A stretch of 64,000 nt of DNA from Cystobasidiomycetes sp. EMM_F5. Its lineage: Eukaryota. The translations under genes were made by a program, and so were the position numbers. The stretch's first letter is position 1; every line of letters starts with the position of its first letter. The stretch covers positions 62,001 through 126,000 of the forward strand of contig JBPGPT010000008.1 in assembly GCA_051047955.1 (NCBI GenBank), written 5' to 3'. The notes beneath the pieces were generated by a model. The model was not told where the DNA came from and did not search any database. It saw only the letters and a program-made list of their open reading frames with translations. Shown piece by piece: positions 51,792 through 64,000 of the stretch.

Positions 51792-52837
51792 ATGTCGTCG
51801 TCGTCGTCTAGTGCCGCTGCCCCCGCTGCTGGGTCATCGTAAGGCTCGCGTAACGAGGTCTGCAAAAATATGGTCTGATTGCAGCGGCATATACGACAGC
51901 AAGGACAAGATTCGTATAGGGAGCAGAGCAATCATCTGTGAAAATGCCGAGCTGCGTGGAGAAGTCCAGGTTGGAGCAGGTGCGCCTTGCAAGCCTGGAG
52001 GATGTTAACGAAGGGCTGAAACGACGATGCGCTCGGACTGTTGCAATACGGTACTTGCATTCTTCTCCGTCATGCATTACAGGCTGCATCCTCCATCCCC
52101 GCTGCACCATCTTTGCCCTCAATGGACCCGTCGTCCTCGGTGAAGGATGTATAGTCGAAGAGACTGCAATCATCCTCAACAGGCGAGTGTCTTAATATGC
52201 ACGGTGGGATGCATGACCTTCTGATTTGGTAACCCCTTCGACATGCTCTTCTCACTCCAGGTCAACCGAACCAATGCTCATCGGATCCTTCAACCTCTTC
52301 GAAGTAGGGTGTAGAGTCGAAGCACGGGCGACAGGGACATTCAATACATTCGAAGCGCGCTCAAGAGTCTATGCGGATGTAGTGCTAGGTGACTACTGTA
52401 CGGTCGGAGCGGGGTGTAGCTTGTATGCCGAGGAAGAGCCGGAAGACGCAGACTGGGAGTTTGTGGGACCGCAAGATATAGCCAAGACTTCGACAGATGA
52501 TCCGAAAGAACCTTCGGCAGTACCGCAAGACGAGGCTCCCTCGACAAGCGAAGACCACGCAACCTCTGCTGCTCCTGCAGCGCCGGACAACGCGCCGGAC
52601 TCAGAGAAGACAACTACAAGGCCGAGAGATACTACAGACACCTCTCTTGCTTCATCCGACACGATGAAAAGCCGTACGTTGCCAATCCCTGCTTATACAG
52701 TCGTCTATGGTGCGAACTCTGAACGGAGGATATGGTCGGGCGAAGGGGTAGGGCAGCAAGTAGCCCTCTATCACAAGCATCTTGCGTACTTGACGGAGCT
52801 GCTCCCAAAGTATAACAAGCTCAAGCTGATTGCGTAG
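51792..52837 (+). CDS. DCTN6: Dynactin subunit 6 (p27), left-handed beta-helix
   Basis: IGSRAIICENAELRGEVQVGAG|CILHPRCTIFALNGPVVLGEGCIVEE, IGSFNLFEVG, HLAYLTELLPKYN. Confidence 0.88.
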
Positions 52838-53144
52838 TCGAAATGTGAGGGATGCGTTTAGCGACTGCGGAGAAAGGTTGTAAGACATGCGTTTTCTAGC
52901 TTTAGGCGCCGTAGCTGCAGATCTGTTGTTGTAGCATCTCTATCGTTCTCTCCACAAAGTGAGCACGCAAAGAGAACAATGAAAATGTAACGGTCGTAAG
53001 ATTGGAGCTCAGATGCATCAGGGCTTTGCATTCTGCACACTCAATCCATTAATAACCTTCGGACGGACCACATGAGTGACTCTAGTGGGTCACAGCAGCC
53101 CAATCCATCACTATGTCCATGTTTTGAGATACTGCTCCCCAGAT

Positions 53145-53669
53145 ATGCCGTCCGCCGAAGAGCAAGCCCATTTTATGACTCTCGCCTTACTTGAAGCCGA
53201 GAAATGCATACCAACACCTACGGCATTCTGCGTCGGAGCTGTAGTAGTCACATCCGATACGACAGCACCCGGTAACACGCAATACAATCCGATTCTGTCA
53301 ATGCAAGTTCCGCAATATCCAACATGGAAAGTCATCAGTACCGGCTATTCTCGCGAAATAGAAGGCAACACGCATGCGGAGCAGTGTGCTCTCTCAAAAC
53401 TCGCTTCATCAGATGAGACGTTACATCTCGCAAAGGGCGCAGACATGTACACGACAATGGAACCATGCAGTGTCAGGCTGAGTGGCAACGAGCCATGCGT
53501 ACAGGGTATCTTGCGAGCAGGAATCAAGCGCGTCTTTCTAGGGACGATGGAGCCGGATGAGTTTGTGACGTGTGAAGGTGTGGGTATACTCATGCGCGCT
53601 GGAGTCGAGGTACATCAAGTCGAAGGATTCAAGGATCGTTGCCTCGAGATTGCAAGAAGAGGACGCTGA
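53145..53669 (+). CDS. Cytidine-deaminase-fold protein resembling the Rib2 DRAP-deaminase domain
   Basis: AFCVGAV, TGYSREIEGNTHAEQCAL, YTTMEPCSVRLSGNEPC zinc ligands. Confidence 0.85.
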   Translation: MPSAEEQAHFMTLALLEAEKCIPTPTAFCVGAVVVTSDTTAPGNTQYNPILSMQVPQYPTWKVISTGYSREIEGNTHAEQCALSKLASSDETLHLAKGADMYTTMEPCSVRLSGNEPCVQGILRAGIKRVFLGTMEPDEFVTCEGVGILMRAGVEVHQVEGFKDRCLEIARRGR

Positions 53670-54533
53670 AACATGTTACAAGAGGTTCACCATACTCGTG
53701 CAAACACACACACAGCATGGTCGAGACTATGTCGCCACGCGCCAATCTGCGACAGACAGTCATGGCGCTGCATCGCTCCGACCAGAACAGCAGTCAACGA
53801 TGCTATAACATCTGTCAACACCCCACATATCGTTCAATATACATACGTGTGGGCGACAAACATATCTATCACAAACATATCTATCGATGTCAGACTCGGC
53901 CGCGCATCGAGCTACGTTGAATCAAGCTGGAGTGCCAGTATGCTGTGGCTATCATCAAATCTGGGCGGCGCAGCAACGAATGACTGAAGGGGTGCTCACG
54001 ACCAACACCAGCCTCGACATGTCCCCAGCAGACCGTATCGCTGCCGCTGGGAACAGCCCAAGCCTGCCAGCGGTTTCCCGACATACACAGGCTGTCGTCG
54101 TGCATCCTGTCCATTCGCGTCCCGCACGAAGTCAACGTGCACAGCGTGAGTCAGAATGGCGAGGGTATGCCACGCTGCGTGAGCGCATACAAGCAGAACT
54201 TGCTCGTCGATCCAAGTCGGTGACCCAGCGCAGGTCACGCTGAGGAGGTTGAGCATACTCTGCGGTTCTGTACAAGGCGTAGTATTCACATGCTGTTGAT
54301 GCATGCGTCTGTCTCGAAAGTATTATGCACGTTGCGTTATCAGAGACAGATTGCATTTTCGTTGCCAATTTTCTGCTGAGTCATCACAACTCGCACCGCC
54401 AAACCCCAGCGTCATCCCTTGGCAGGCAAGCGAGTGAAGTTTTTGGTTTTGCAACGACTGCGAGTCCATCAGAGCAGCGCAGATATTCAAGCAAGCAGCA
54501 CAATCAGCACACACGCACAAGTAGCCGTCCACA

Positions 54534-54981
54534 ATGGTGAGTTGCCAGTCAGCGTTTGCGGGACTGGGGCGACCTGGAGGGTTGGGGTGGTGAGCTGATA
54601 GCGCAAACTCGCAAAAACGAATGCAACAGGCCTCCATCAAATCCGCATTCAAGGGCTTCATGAACACCATCCTGGGTTCAAAGAACGAGCCAAAGGACCC
54701 AAACCCAAAGTGAGTGCTGGTTGCGTTGTTGTAGCGTCGTTTGGGCAGGCCAGCGGTTGGGCATGAATTTCCCAACCAGCTGGCAGCCGCGACAGCTAGA
54801 TGCAGCATACAAGGCAAGCCATACTGACCAATGCTGCACATAATTCTGCATCCACAGCACGCTCACAAAGACCCAATCCCGCACAAAGTCCAGAGAACTC
54901 GAGCGCGTGACTTCGCAGTATCAGGTCGAACGAAACGCAATCGCCAACGCTGCCCAAGAGCATCTCGCAGCCAAGGCATAA
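54534..54981 (+). CDS. Hidden 68-aa three-exon microprotein
   Basis: ATG|GTGAG intron 54537-54629, exon 54630-54709, intron 54710-54857, exon 54858-54981. Product MASIKSAFKGFMNTILGSKNEPKDPNPNTLTKTQSRTKSRELERVTSQYQVERNAIANAAQEHLAAKA*. Confidence 0.7.
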
Positions 54982-55417
54982 AGGCTGCGCCCAGCATGCT
55001 CCTACGCACAGTCTATCAATGTACGCCTGTTGTATCAACACTTCTCGCCTACCGTCACCCGTCCGCGCATTTTCCAGCACAACTGCTCCACAGTCGCCTA
55101 GGCTCGATCACCCCCCGATAAAGAATCATCAAAACCCCTATTAATCTCGGTGCGCTCTGTAGTACGGTTCTAGCTATCATTCGTTGGACTCTGTTGTGAC
55201 AAAAGCGCCCACGCTCGGCAGACGAAGCTGTCTGGGTCTTCGTTTCATCGTTATGCTCATTGGCTAAATATACATACTCTTATCCGGTTATTCCTTCCAT
55301 CGTGCAGTGCAGCTATCCATTGCTAATTGACCATGCTCACCACACTGACGTATCGTCAGTACTCAAATGCGTATTACTGCATGGGCGCTGAAGTTTGATT
55401 GCCATCTATATTCTAGT

Positions 55418-57299
55418 CTACGGATTGCGCCCTTCTACACTTTTTGGACTATTCACATCTTCCTTACTGTCTGCATTACTTTGTTCACCCTCCTCAATTA
55501 CCGCCTCCTGCTGTTTTGCCATTGACAATACAGGCAAGGCGAATGTAGCCAAGAATGCGATGCCTGCAGTAACCGTCACCGGCACAAGCGACATGCGCAA
55601 GGCAAAGATGCTTGCGTCTAGCACGACCGGCAACAGCTTCTTAGAGACGGCGCAGCGTAAGCCTGTCGTGCCTGCAGCTAAGATATCATCGACCTTGAGT
55701 GCAGGATTGCGGAGCTGCGTTATGGCGCGTTTGAGGCAGTTGGTATAGATAGTTTGACTTGGGATCACCGACATGCTGCCGAGAGTCTGGGCTATCACGA
55801 CGCAACTTGCAGCAGCATTCCTATCTGGTCCGTGAAACGCTGCTTGAACAGACAGAAAAGGCTATGTGGCAAGTCAGCAACCCTGAATATGCGCAAGGAC
55901 TCGGAATACCTCACCATATTTAACGAAAGTCCTATGCCTAAACCAAATAACAAGCTTGCGGTGACAAGCAAAGTAGTACTCGGTTCAGTTGACCAGAGCT
56001 GAGCCAGGCCCGATCCTGCAACTGCACACAATCCGCCCGACAAGAGAGCCGGATGAACGTACCCAACAAGAGGTAGCAATGCCGCTGACAGGCAGACTGT
56101 GACAATGGCGCCAATCACAAAGGCCAGTGATTGTACGACTGAATTCGTCTGTGAATATCCCAAGAGCTGGAAATAGGTGGGTAAGGCACCAAGGTAGACC
56201 TATTCGGACAATCAGCATACTGCGTGCGTTATGCTCATTGTCGTTTAACGTACATAGAAAGCAGAGGACGCGGCAAAGCTGATCAAGCACGCCACATACA
56301 CAGACCGCTGGCAGAAAATGCGGGGCTTGATACCTGCCTTCTCGCCCATCAGATGTTCGCGGACAACGAAGGCGATAAGTAGAAAGCCAGACCCAGCAAA
56401 TAGACTGATTGTAGAGAGCGAGTTCCATGCTCGGCTGACGCCTGCTTGCTGCATTGCGATAATGTATGCCAGAATTGCGCCGGCTGCAAGCAACGCTCCG
56501 AGCCTATGTGATCTATTAAATCATGCTCTGACGATGCGTATGGTAGTATGACCTACCAGTCTTCTCCAGCAATATTACGAAGCGTATGCCGCAGATTATT
56601 GGTCTTCATTGCATCGCCGGGCGGTGTATGCAGATAGATTGCAACGATCAACAAGACGATCGCTCCCATGAATGCGCTCATCCAGAATGCGCCTCTCCAC
56701 CACTCTTGCGAGGCAAAGGCTGTCCCGACAAGCGGTCCGCACAGGCTACCGAGTGCAAACATCATGCAGAGTACGGCTACGTAACGCGTTTCATAGCGTA
56801 GGGGCACCGAAGCCGAGACAATCATTAATGAGCCGATGAAGCCAGCCGCACCGCCAAATCCAGCAATAGCTCGACCAGCAAGGAAGGTATTGGACGTTGT
56901 TGCCGTGGCGCACAATACCAAGCCCAGCTCGAAAATAATCGTGCAAGCCAGGTAAGGCCATTTGAGATTGACAGTGTATAGACGATTATAGAGCGGCTGA
57001 AATGCTGGTTGTATGAAGAAGCATGCTGAGAAATGCCACTCGATGTTGTGCTCGGGGTGGAAGTCGGCCGCAATCAGTGGAGCAAGAGGGTTAAGAATCG
57101 TGCGATTCAGTGAGGATACCAACATGCGCAAGTTCACCGCGAGCATTGTCATGTAGAGCGGGATTCCGATGAGACACGGGTTGTGTGTCGGGGTATGCGA
57201 GCTGTGCCGTTGTGGATCGTCATTTGCCGACTTTCCGTCCATCGACCCTGCGTCGTCATCGTAAGTCGCCGGGCGAGGTCGCTTGTCCGCTCTGCCCAT
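55418..57299 (-). CDS. DHA2-type (14-TM) MFS efflux transporter, tandem paralog A
   Basis: AFQPLYNRLY, FLAGRAIAGFGGAA, GPLVGTAF..WWRGAFW, LPTYFQLLG, AQTLGS. Confidence 0.88.
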
Positions 57300-57698
57300 G
57301 GCTTGAGGACCAGAAAACCCCTCTCTCGCTTGCCTGCGTCAATCAGGCACGGTAGACTGTGACATGTTTGCCCGGTCAGTCGGGCTCGAGCCGTTTTCCC
57401 ACAACGTGCCCATCAGCAGGAACATTAGCATGAGACACTCGCAAGGTCTGTGAGACAAATAGAGTGGGCTCGGGGACACAGCGCGACTTCCTGTGTCTTG
57501 GCACTTCAAGCGAAGTTCCAAACAGGACACGTATTTGACGGCGGTGAGAATGGACAGTCTGTGCTTCCCCGTCTGTCGGACAGGCGCCGAAGTCTGCAAG
57601 AGCCTCTCATAGCTAGGTATCAGTCATGGTAACAGTTTTTGGTAGATACGTAAGTTCGTTTAAAGGCTGATCATATTAGGAAACAATCGATGACTGCT

Positions 57699-59551
57699 CT
57701 AAGAATCCTGGGACTTCTCCACACCGTCTTCCCCGGACTGCGGTCTGACTTTGGCCAAAGGTGTGAAAGGGATTGCAAAAGTAGCCAGGAAAGCGATTCC
57801 TGCTGTCACAGTGACAGGAATGAGCGACCTCCGAATAGCTGCGACCCCAACGTGGGCGACGACGGGCAACAGCTTTGCTGGCACGATATCGCGGAAGCCT
57901 GTTGCTCCTGCTGCAATGAGAATGTCCGGTCTGAGCGCGGGAATACGGAGATCTGTAATATACTGCTTGAAACAGTTGATGTAGATAGTCTGACTGAGCG
58001 TGACCGAGACACCTCCAAGGGTCTGTGCAAAGACTACACAGCTGCCTGCTGCCTCGCGGTCCGGACCAGTAAATGCTGATTGAACAGATAGGAAGGGCTT
58101 GCGGGTGAAGCAGTCAATGGATGTGAGCATAGTGCACAGCGCAAACAGCCCACCATATTCAGCGACTGGCCTATACCAATACCGAAGAGCAGACTCGTAC
58201 CTGCCCAAAACGGGACGGACGATGTTTCCGTCAGAAGCTGTGCCAGTCCGGATCCTACACATGTACACACTCCGCCGAGGAGGAGTGCCGGATGAACATA
58301 ACCGATTTTGGGCACCATCGCTCCCGATAGCAGCACTGTGAAGATGGCGCCAGCAACAAAAGCCATTAGCTGCACTGCAGACCGAACAGGTGATGATCCA
58401 AGGAGCTGGAAGTATATCGGCAAGACGCTAAGATAGATCTACGAAACAGGCACGCATTAGCACCGAAATACCCTCGAGTATAGAAGACGCACATAGAAAG
58501 CGGATGATACCGTAAAGCTGACGAGACATGCTGCGTAGACGGACCTTTGGCGGAATATGCGGGGTTTTATGCCGGCTCTTTCGCCCATAAAGTATTCGTT
58601 AATCACGAAAGCCACTAGCATTCCTCCAGAACCAGCCAATAAGCCAATGGTATAGGGCGAACCCCAGTACTTGTCGACACCTGCGTGTTGCATCGCCATG
58701 ATGTAAGAAAGAATGGCCCCGACAGCAAGTGCTGCTCCGAGCCTGCAGAAAGTAATACGTGAGACTTGAGTATTGCGCAACATGTAATCGAGGCATCTGA
58801 CCCACCAATCTTCACGAGCAACATTGTAGACTGCTCTTTTGAAGCCAATTGACTTTAGGTCGACGCGCTTCGATGGCCGGATGAAGATGACGGCAATGAC
58901 GAGCGCCACACCTCCAATGGGAACATTGATCCAGAATGCACCTCTCCAGAAGTTTCTGGAAGCGAAAGAGCCCCCAATTAAAGGTCCGCACAGCGCTCCA
59001 AGGCCATATGTCGCGCCGTATATGCCCATCCAGACGGGAACTTTGTGAAGTGGAACAGAAGTGGATATAATCGTCAACGAGCCAAAGAAGCCTCCTGCTC
59101 CGCCAAGGCCTGAAATAGCACGGCCAGCTATGAAGACGTTTGAAGATTTTGCGACTGCGCACATGATGGATCCCACTAAGAATATCACCGTACACATGAT
59201 GTATGGCCATTTTAGATCGACGACATACAGACGGCTGTAGAGTGGCTGTAGAGCTGTCTGCATGAAGAAGTAGGCGGAGAAGTACCATCCGATATCTTGC
59301 AGAGCGTGAAACTCGTTTGATATGGCTGGTGCAACGGGCGACAGGATTGTCTGGTCCAGCGATGACAAGAACATTCGCAGATTGACTGCGAGCATCGTCA
59401 TATACAGAGGTAGCCCGGTTGGATAGTCGATCGGCGGCTCCGGGAGACTCGGATCATTTTTGTCCGATGTGACAAAAGCAACCGCGTCGTGCGTGAGGGC
59501 CGGGTCGACGTCAAGCAATGAAGTATCAGAGTACTGACTTGATCTGTTCAT
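57699..59551 (-). CDS. DHA2-type (14-TM) MFS efflux transporter, tandem paralog B
   Basis: FLSSLDQTIL, IGWYFSAY, FIAGRAISGLGGAG, WRGAFWINVPIGG, LPIYFQ, FAQTLGG. Confidence 0.92.
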
Positions 59552-59862
59552 TGTGCTTGGACCTCTGTCAAAGCGTGAATGCGGCCACGATATCTATCTA
59601 GGGTAATGTAGATGCACAGCTATATTCTCGGCCTCCGGCCGTGAGGCGCGGCGGGCACTGTCAGATGTTACCACTTTTGATGGCCGTGTGTCAGTACAGT
59701 GTGTGAAGAGTGTCGAAAAAGCAAGCTAGCTCTAATTCAGCATGGAGTCCGGAGTGTGTTGTGGCTTCCTCTCGTACTGAAGCTTCAGTATTACAAGACA
59801 ACAATCGTAGACATCGGTGACAGGTTCTCGCAAAAGACGGTACATCGTCCCGACTGTGGAAT

Positions 59863-60986
59863 TTATGGTGAGGTCAATTGCGCGTTGAGCTGAGTCTGTG
59901 TCCGGACGGGCGGAGTCGCCAGATAACCACGATGTTTCCAGTTGCTGTAGTATTCGATGTCGCTGCGTTTGATTGGAAGACTATAGAAAAGGGGCAGCAA
60001 GTCAGTCTAGGGAAGTGCAACGATAATCTGGCACTTACGCTTGTTTGGGTATGGGTATGCCTTTTGCAAGTCTGTAAGAATGAACTATCAGTGATACGTA
60101 CGCAAATTGCAGATGAGTAACAAACAGGGCTTGGGGTTTCAACAAGGCACGCAGACCCAGCTTGTTGTAATATCTGCATTCAATGCTGCCGCCAGCTTGC
60201 TCGACAGCTCTAATGGCTGTCCTAGATGCTTGCGATACGACGATGTGTAGTCGAGGTATCGGGAAAGGTGTATCTGTAATAGCCTGAAGAATATCGATTT
60301 TGCGTTAATGACACCGCAAACCGTCCGATGTACAGTGATCACCCACATCCCCAAGCAATTTGACACCTCCGTCCTTGATACCAGTCACGAGTCCCGAATC
60401 TTGTATTTCTTTCATCGTTATTGGCGTCTCGGGTCTGAGCTCTAGTCTGCCTTGACTGATCCATTGCCCTAGCTTGCTCAATTTCAATACTTTGATATCT
60501 TTACGTGCACTATTGTGTGGGACATAGCATCAGCTTCGGAACACACTAACAGAAGGAAACGAGCATACGAATTCGTAAAGCCAATCTTTGGCATTGTCCG
60601 CATCAACGGAGTTTGACCACCAGCGAAGCCAATTCGCACACCACCACCAGACCTTGACTTCTGACCCTTGTGCCCTCTTCCTGATGTACCGCCATGCCCA
60701 GATGAAGAACCTCGCCCGACTCGTGTTCGCTGTAAATTATCAAATCAGAGATGGAAACGCTCAGCCTGCAGCTTTCCTGCGTAGCAGCAGCACTCCAACG
60801 CACCTTCTTGAAACTTCCTGCAGATGGCTTCAGATTTGCCAGCAGATTGGCCTGGGTTGCATAGCTTCTCTCGACATGCATGGACGCCGACGCCAGGCTT
60901 GGTCGCAAACTTGAAGGACCAGCAGCTCCGCCAACTTGGAATGCTAAGCGAGAGAATAGCGACTCGAGCAGCTGTAGCGACGACAT
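59863..60986 (-). CDS. MRPL10: Mitochondrial ribosomal protein uL15m (YmL10)
   Basis: [73 protein letters not shown]. Confidence 0.88.
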
Positions 60987-61142
60987 GGCAGCGCAATTGG
61001 TTGACGGCTGAGGTTGACAGCTCTGCAGCTTCAAATTGAACGATCGGACATGTACCCTACTGTACGATTGCCTACTTCTGAGAACACAAGTCTTACGCTG
61101 CCTCTTTCATTACTCCTTCTAGATCTGTTCCGACACAATCCT

Positions 61143-62828
61143 TCAGACGCCCAGAATCTGCCTGATGGTAGCAATCTGCTCTAATACAGCTCGCTTGCTC
61201 GTTCCACCAACTACGTCCCTCCTCTCCACACTCGTTACGAAGCTGAATACATCAACCACATCCTTTTCGAATTTCGGCGAAAGGCCCTGCAGTTGCTCCA
61301 GCGTCAAGTCAGACAAGGAGATCTTGTTTTGCTCCGCAAGTCGCACAGCAGAGCCAGAAATATGGTGAGTCTCCCGGAAGGGAATCTGCCGGCAGGAGTC
61401 AGTGTCCATGAGCGGTGAAGTAGGTGTAAGGACGAGCTTACGCCTTTCCGGACAAGGTATTCTGCAAGATCAGTGGCAAGCATGTCGGCTGTCAGCGAGC
61501 GTTGCATGTTTTCAGGATGGATCTGGGTATCACATCAGCAAAGCAGTCTCTCGATGAGTACAATCATACGCACAGTCAGGGTGGAAATGACGCCTTGCAG
61601 AATCTGCAGCGAGCTCTCGATAGTATCGGCAGCGTCAAACATGGGTTCCTTGTCTTCCTGGAGATCCTTATTGTAGGTTGACGGAACACCCTTGAGTGTC
61701 ATCATGAGACCACTCAGCTGCCCGAAAGTTCGACCGCTCTTGCCACGTAGCAACTCTAGCGAATCTGGGTTCTTTTTCTGCGGCATGATGGACGAGCCAG
61801 TGCTATACGCATCAGAGAGTGTGACAAAGCCAAACTCGGCCGTAGAGTATATAATGAGATCCTCTGCTAATCGGGAAATGTGAATCATCGTCATGCTAGT
61901 CCAGAATAGGAACTCTGCGATAAAGTCGCGGTCTGCAACACCCTGCATGGAATTGATGGACAGAGATGCAAAGCCGAGCTCCTTCTGTAACAGGTCTCGA
62001 GGCATTGCGAAAGGATTTCCAGCTAGAGGGCCGGACCCAAGCGGAAGTACAGAGATGCGAGGTTTCAAATCTTGCAAGCGCTTGTAGTCATTGACGAAGA
62101 AGGCGCAATGAGAGAGGAGAAAGTGCGACCATCGGATAGGTTGAGCACGCTGAAAGACAGGAAGCAATCTTTAGCGTATTGTCACCAAACAAGTCGCCAT
62201 AATGTAACGATCTCACCTGTAAATGCGTATATCCCGGCATGACATGCTCAATCTCGCTTTCAGCACGGGCGACCATGACTTTGACAAGGTCTTTAAGAAA
62301 AGCTTCAAGCTTCTCTACTTGTTCTAGCAGCCATATCCGCATATCGGTGGCTACCTGATCATTGCGAGAGCGACCGGTGTGTAGCTTGCCTGGCAAATCC
62401 GTCTTTTCAGCTTTATTTGAATAGTAAGTGCCCTGAATACACACCCGCTGTCGATCCTATCAGTTCGGCCAGACGACGCTCGTTGGCTGTGTGAATATCC
62501 TCATCGCTTTCTTGCGGCACAAATTTGCCAGATTTCCATTCGGCGAGTACCTTGTCCAGACCCTCGTGGATTGCCTGACATCCGTTCAGAAGTTGGCAGA
62601 TGATATTGCTTCAGTACTAGCTGAGGATCTATTGCTGAAAAAAACTTGAAAACACACCTTTTGTTCCTCTTCGGTGATAACGCCGGCTTGGACGAGTCCT
62701 TTCGCATAAGCTTGCGAGCCAACGATATCAGCTTGGTACATGCGTTTATCATAGCTGAGCGACTGGTTGAAGGCGTGCATGAGTGGGTCCGTCGCGCCCG
62801 TGAAGCGGCCACCCCATAATTTAGCCAT
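61143..62828 (-). CDS. ARG4: Argininosuccinate lyase
   Basis: [31 protein letters not shown], signature [29 protein letters not shown]. Confidence 0.98.
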
Positions 62829-63493
62829 ACTGCGAAGACCTGGACGACTGTCAGCTTCTTCACCACTTTGAGATAATAGCATGCCAGCTCGAACAGTGTC
62901 TGGACGCGAAGGCATACCTCTAAAGTGTTGGCGGTAGCCGCACAGTCAATATAGGCAGCAAGCGAACCTGACTCGAAGACTAACAGCCAACTCCGACAGC
63001 CTGATCAACGCGACCTTCTAAGGCTCTGATGTCGCAGTCCACTGATAGTATTGCTTGCATATACTGATGTAGATGCAGTCTGAGAACTCCGTGACTGATC
63101 CATCGCTGATTGCAAAGTGCAGTCTCGTATATCGTTCGAAACTCAGACTGATTTAACGAGCACCCTCTGGACTATCAAGCATCAATGTTCTTCGACAAGC
63201 TTCGTGTCTTCTCTCTGGACTCGGTGACAGGCGTCCGGATATGTGACGGGTGGGGAGAAAGCCTTTGTCGTCGCAGGCGGTGGAAACAATACTGCGCACC
63301 GCAGACAGCGCTAACTGCAGCGAGACCGCTGACTTACTGGAGCAGTAACTGATGAGCGGACAGCGCCGGCGTGAGTCTGCGATACTTACGGTTCGAAACC
63401 ATCACCCTCTTTCATCGAAAAACGGAGGCAAGCAGTCAGAACAGTTTTGTCATCAAGCAACGGCCTCGCGCGTACGCACATACAAGATAGCGG

Positions 63494-64000
63494 ATGTCAA
63501 CAGGTATACGAGGAGTTCAGGCTGTCCTGTGCTTCGTGATGGCCTTATGCGCAATACTCTGCTGCTGCTCCGCTCCAACTGCAGCAGGTGTGGGTGATCC
63601 TGTCACTTTTGACACCGCAAGTCCCTACTGATGTGGTGGTAACCTCCGTAATCTGTAGATAAGCTACGTTTCCAACACTCGAGTGAGTAACGAAGTGTCA
63701 TATCTGCAAATCTGGTCCCAACTCACACTACCCAACTACGTATAGAGCGCCACAAAAGCAGTAGGAGGCGCTGCGGGCTCATTGAGCAATTCCGGACGGT
63801 TTGAGGGACTGTCCATGGGCATGCGTGGCTTCTGCAAAGGAAACAAGAAATGCTGGCTATACACCGATTATGGTGAGTTGAGCGTTGCCTGACCTTGACA
63901 CTATGCTCACATGCTATGACCTCGACACAGCCAATGATCCGGACAAGGTCGATGCAGATGCCGAGTTCAACAAGTATGAAGCGTCAGCTATTGTTACTCT
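63494..64000 (+). CDS. SUR7/PalI-like membrane protein, 5' part only (runs off window), absent from ORF track
   Basis: Spliced MSTGIRGVQAVLCFVMALCAILCCCSAPTAAG|ISYVSNTR|...LSMGMRGFCKGNKKC..., a TM helix followed by a G-x-x-G-F-C-x5-C loop motif. Confidence 0.6.

Noticed and set aside
53670..54300. ORF 53887-54243 ending in a basic helical stretch
   Set aside because: Could be a small gene but lacks a clear start, splice support or family motif.

Overview
This is a eukaryotic fungal genomic window. It is gene-dense, with many ~50-60-nt GT-AG introns carrying CTRAY branch points. A compact basidiomycete such as Mixia is a guess, not verifiable here. The ORF track therefore shows mostly exon fragments, and the gene models below were re-spliced by hand. 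The flanks hold ordinary genes: a TPT-family transporter, MFS transporters, MIX17, a flavin oxidoreductase, two SUR7/PalI-like proteins, COG4, a small quinate-type catabolic cluster, BUD27/URI, RPT5, a TEY MAP kinase, dynactin p27, a DRAP-type deaminase, uL15m and ARG4. The standout is an ~18.4-kb tandem array (28197-46600, minus strand) of four paralogous genes. Each can be spliced in frame into one protein of about 1,000+ aa. The domain order is: USP-like (peptidase C19) domain with its catalytic His replaced by Thr, linker, RING-H2 (intact in one copy, degenerate in three), a variable number of Ser/Arg-rich exon modules, then an unknown conserved domain containing an invariant ubiquitin C-terminal motif LRLRGG followed by a ~70-aa tail. 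This looks like an undescribed ubiquitin-mimic or ubiquitin-editing gene family evolving by duplication, exon shuffling and gene conversion.
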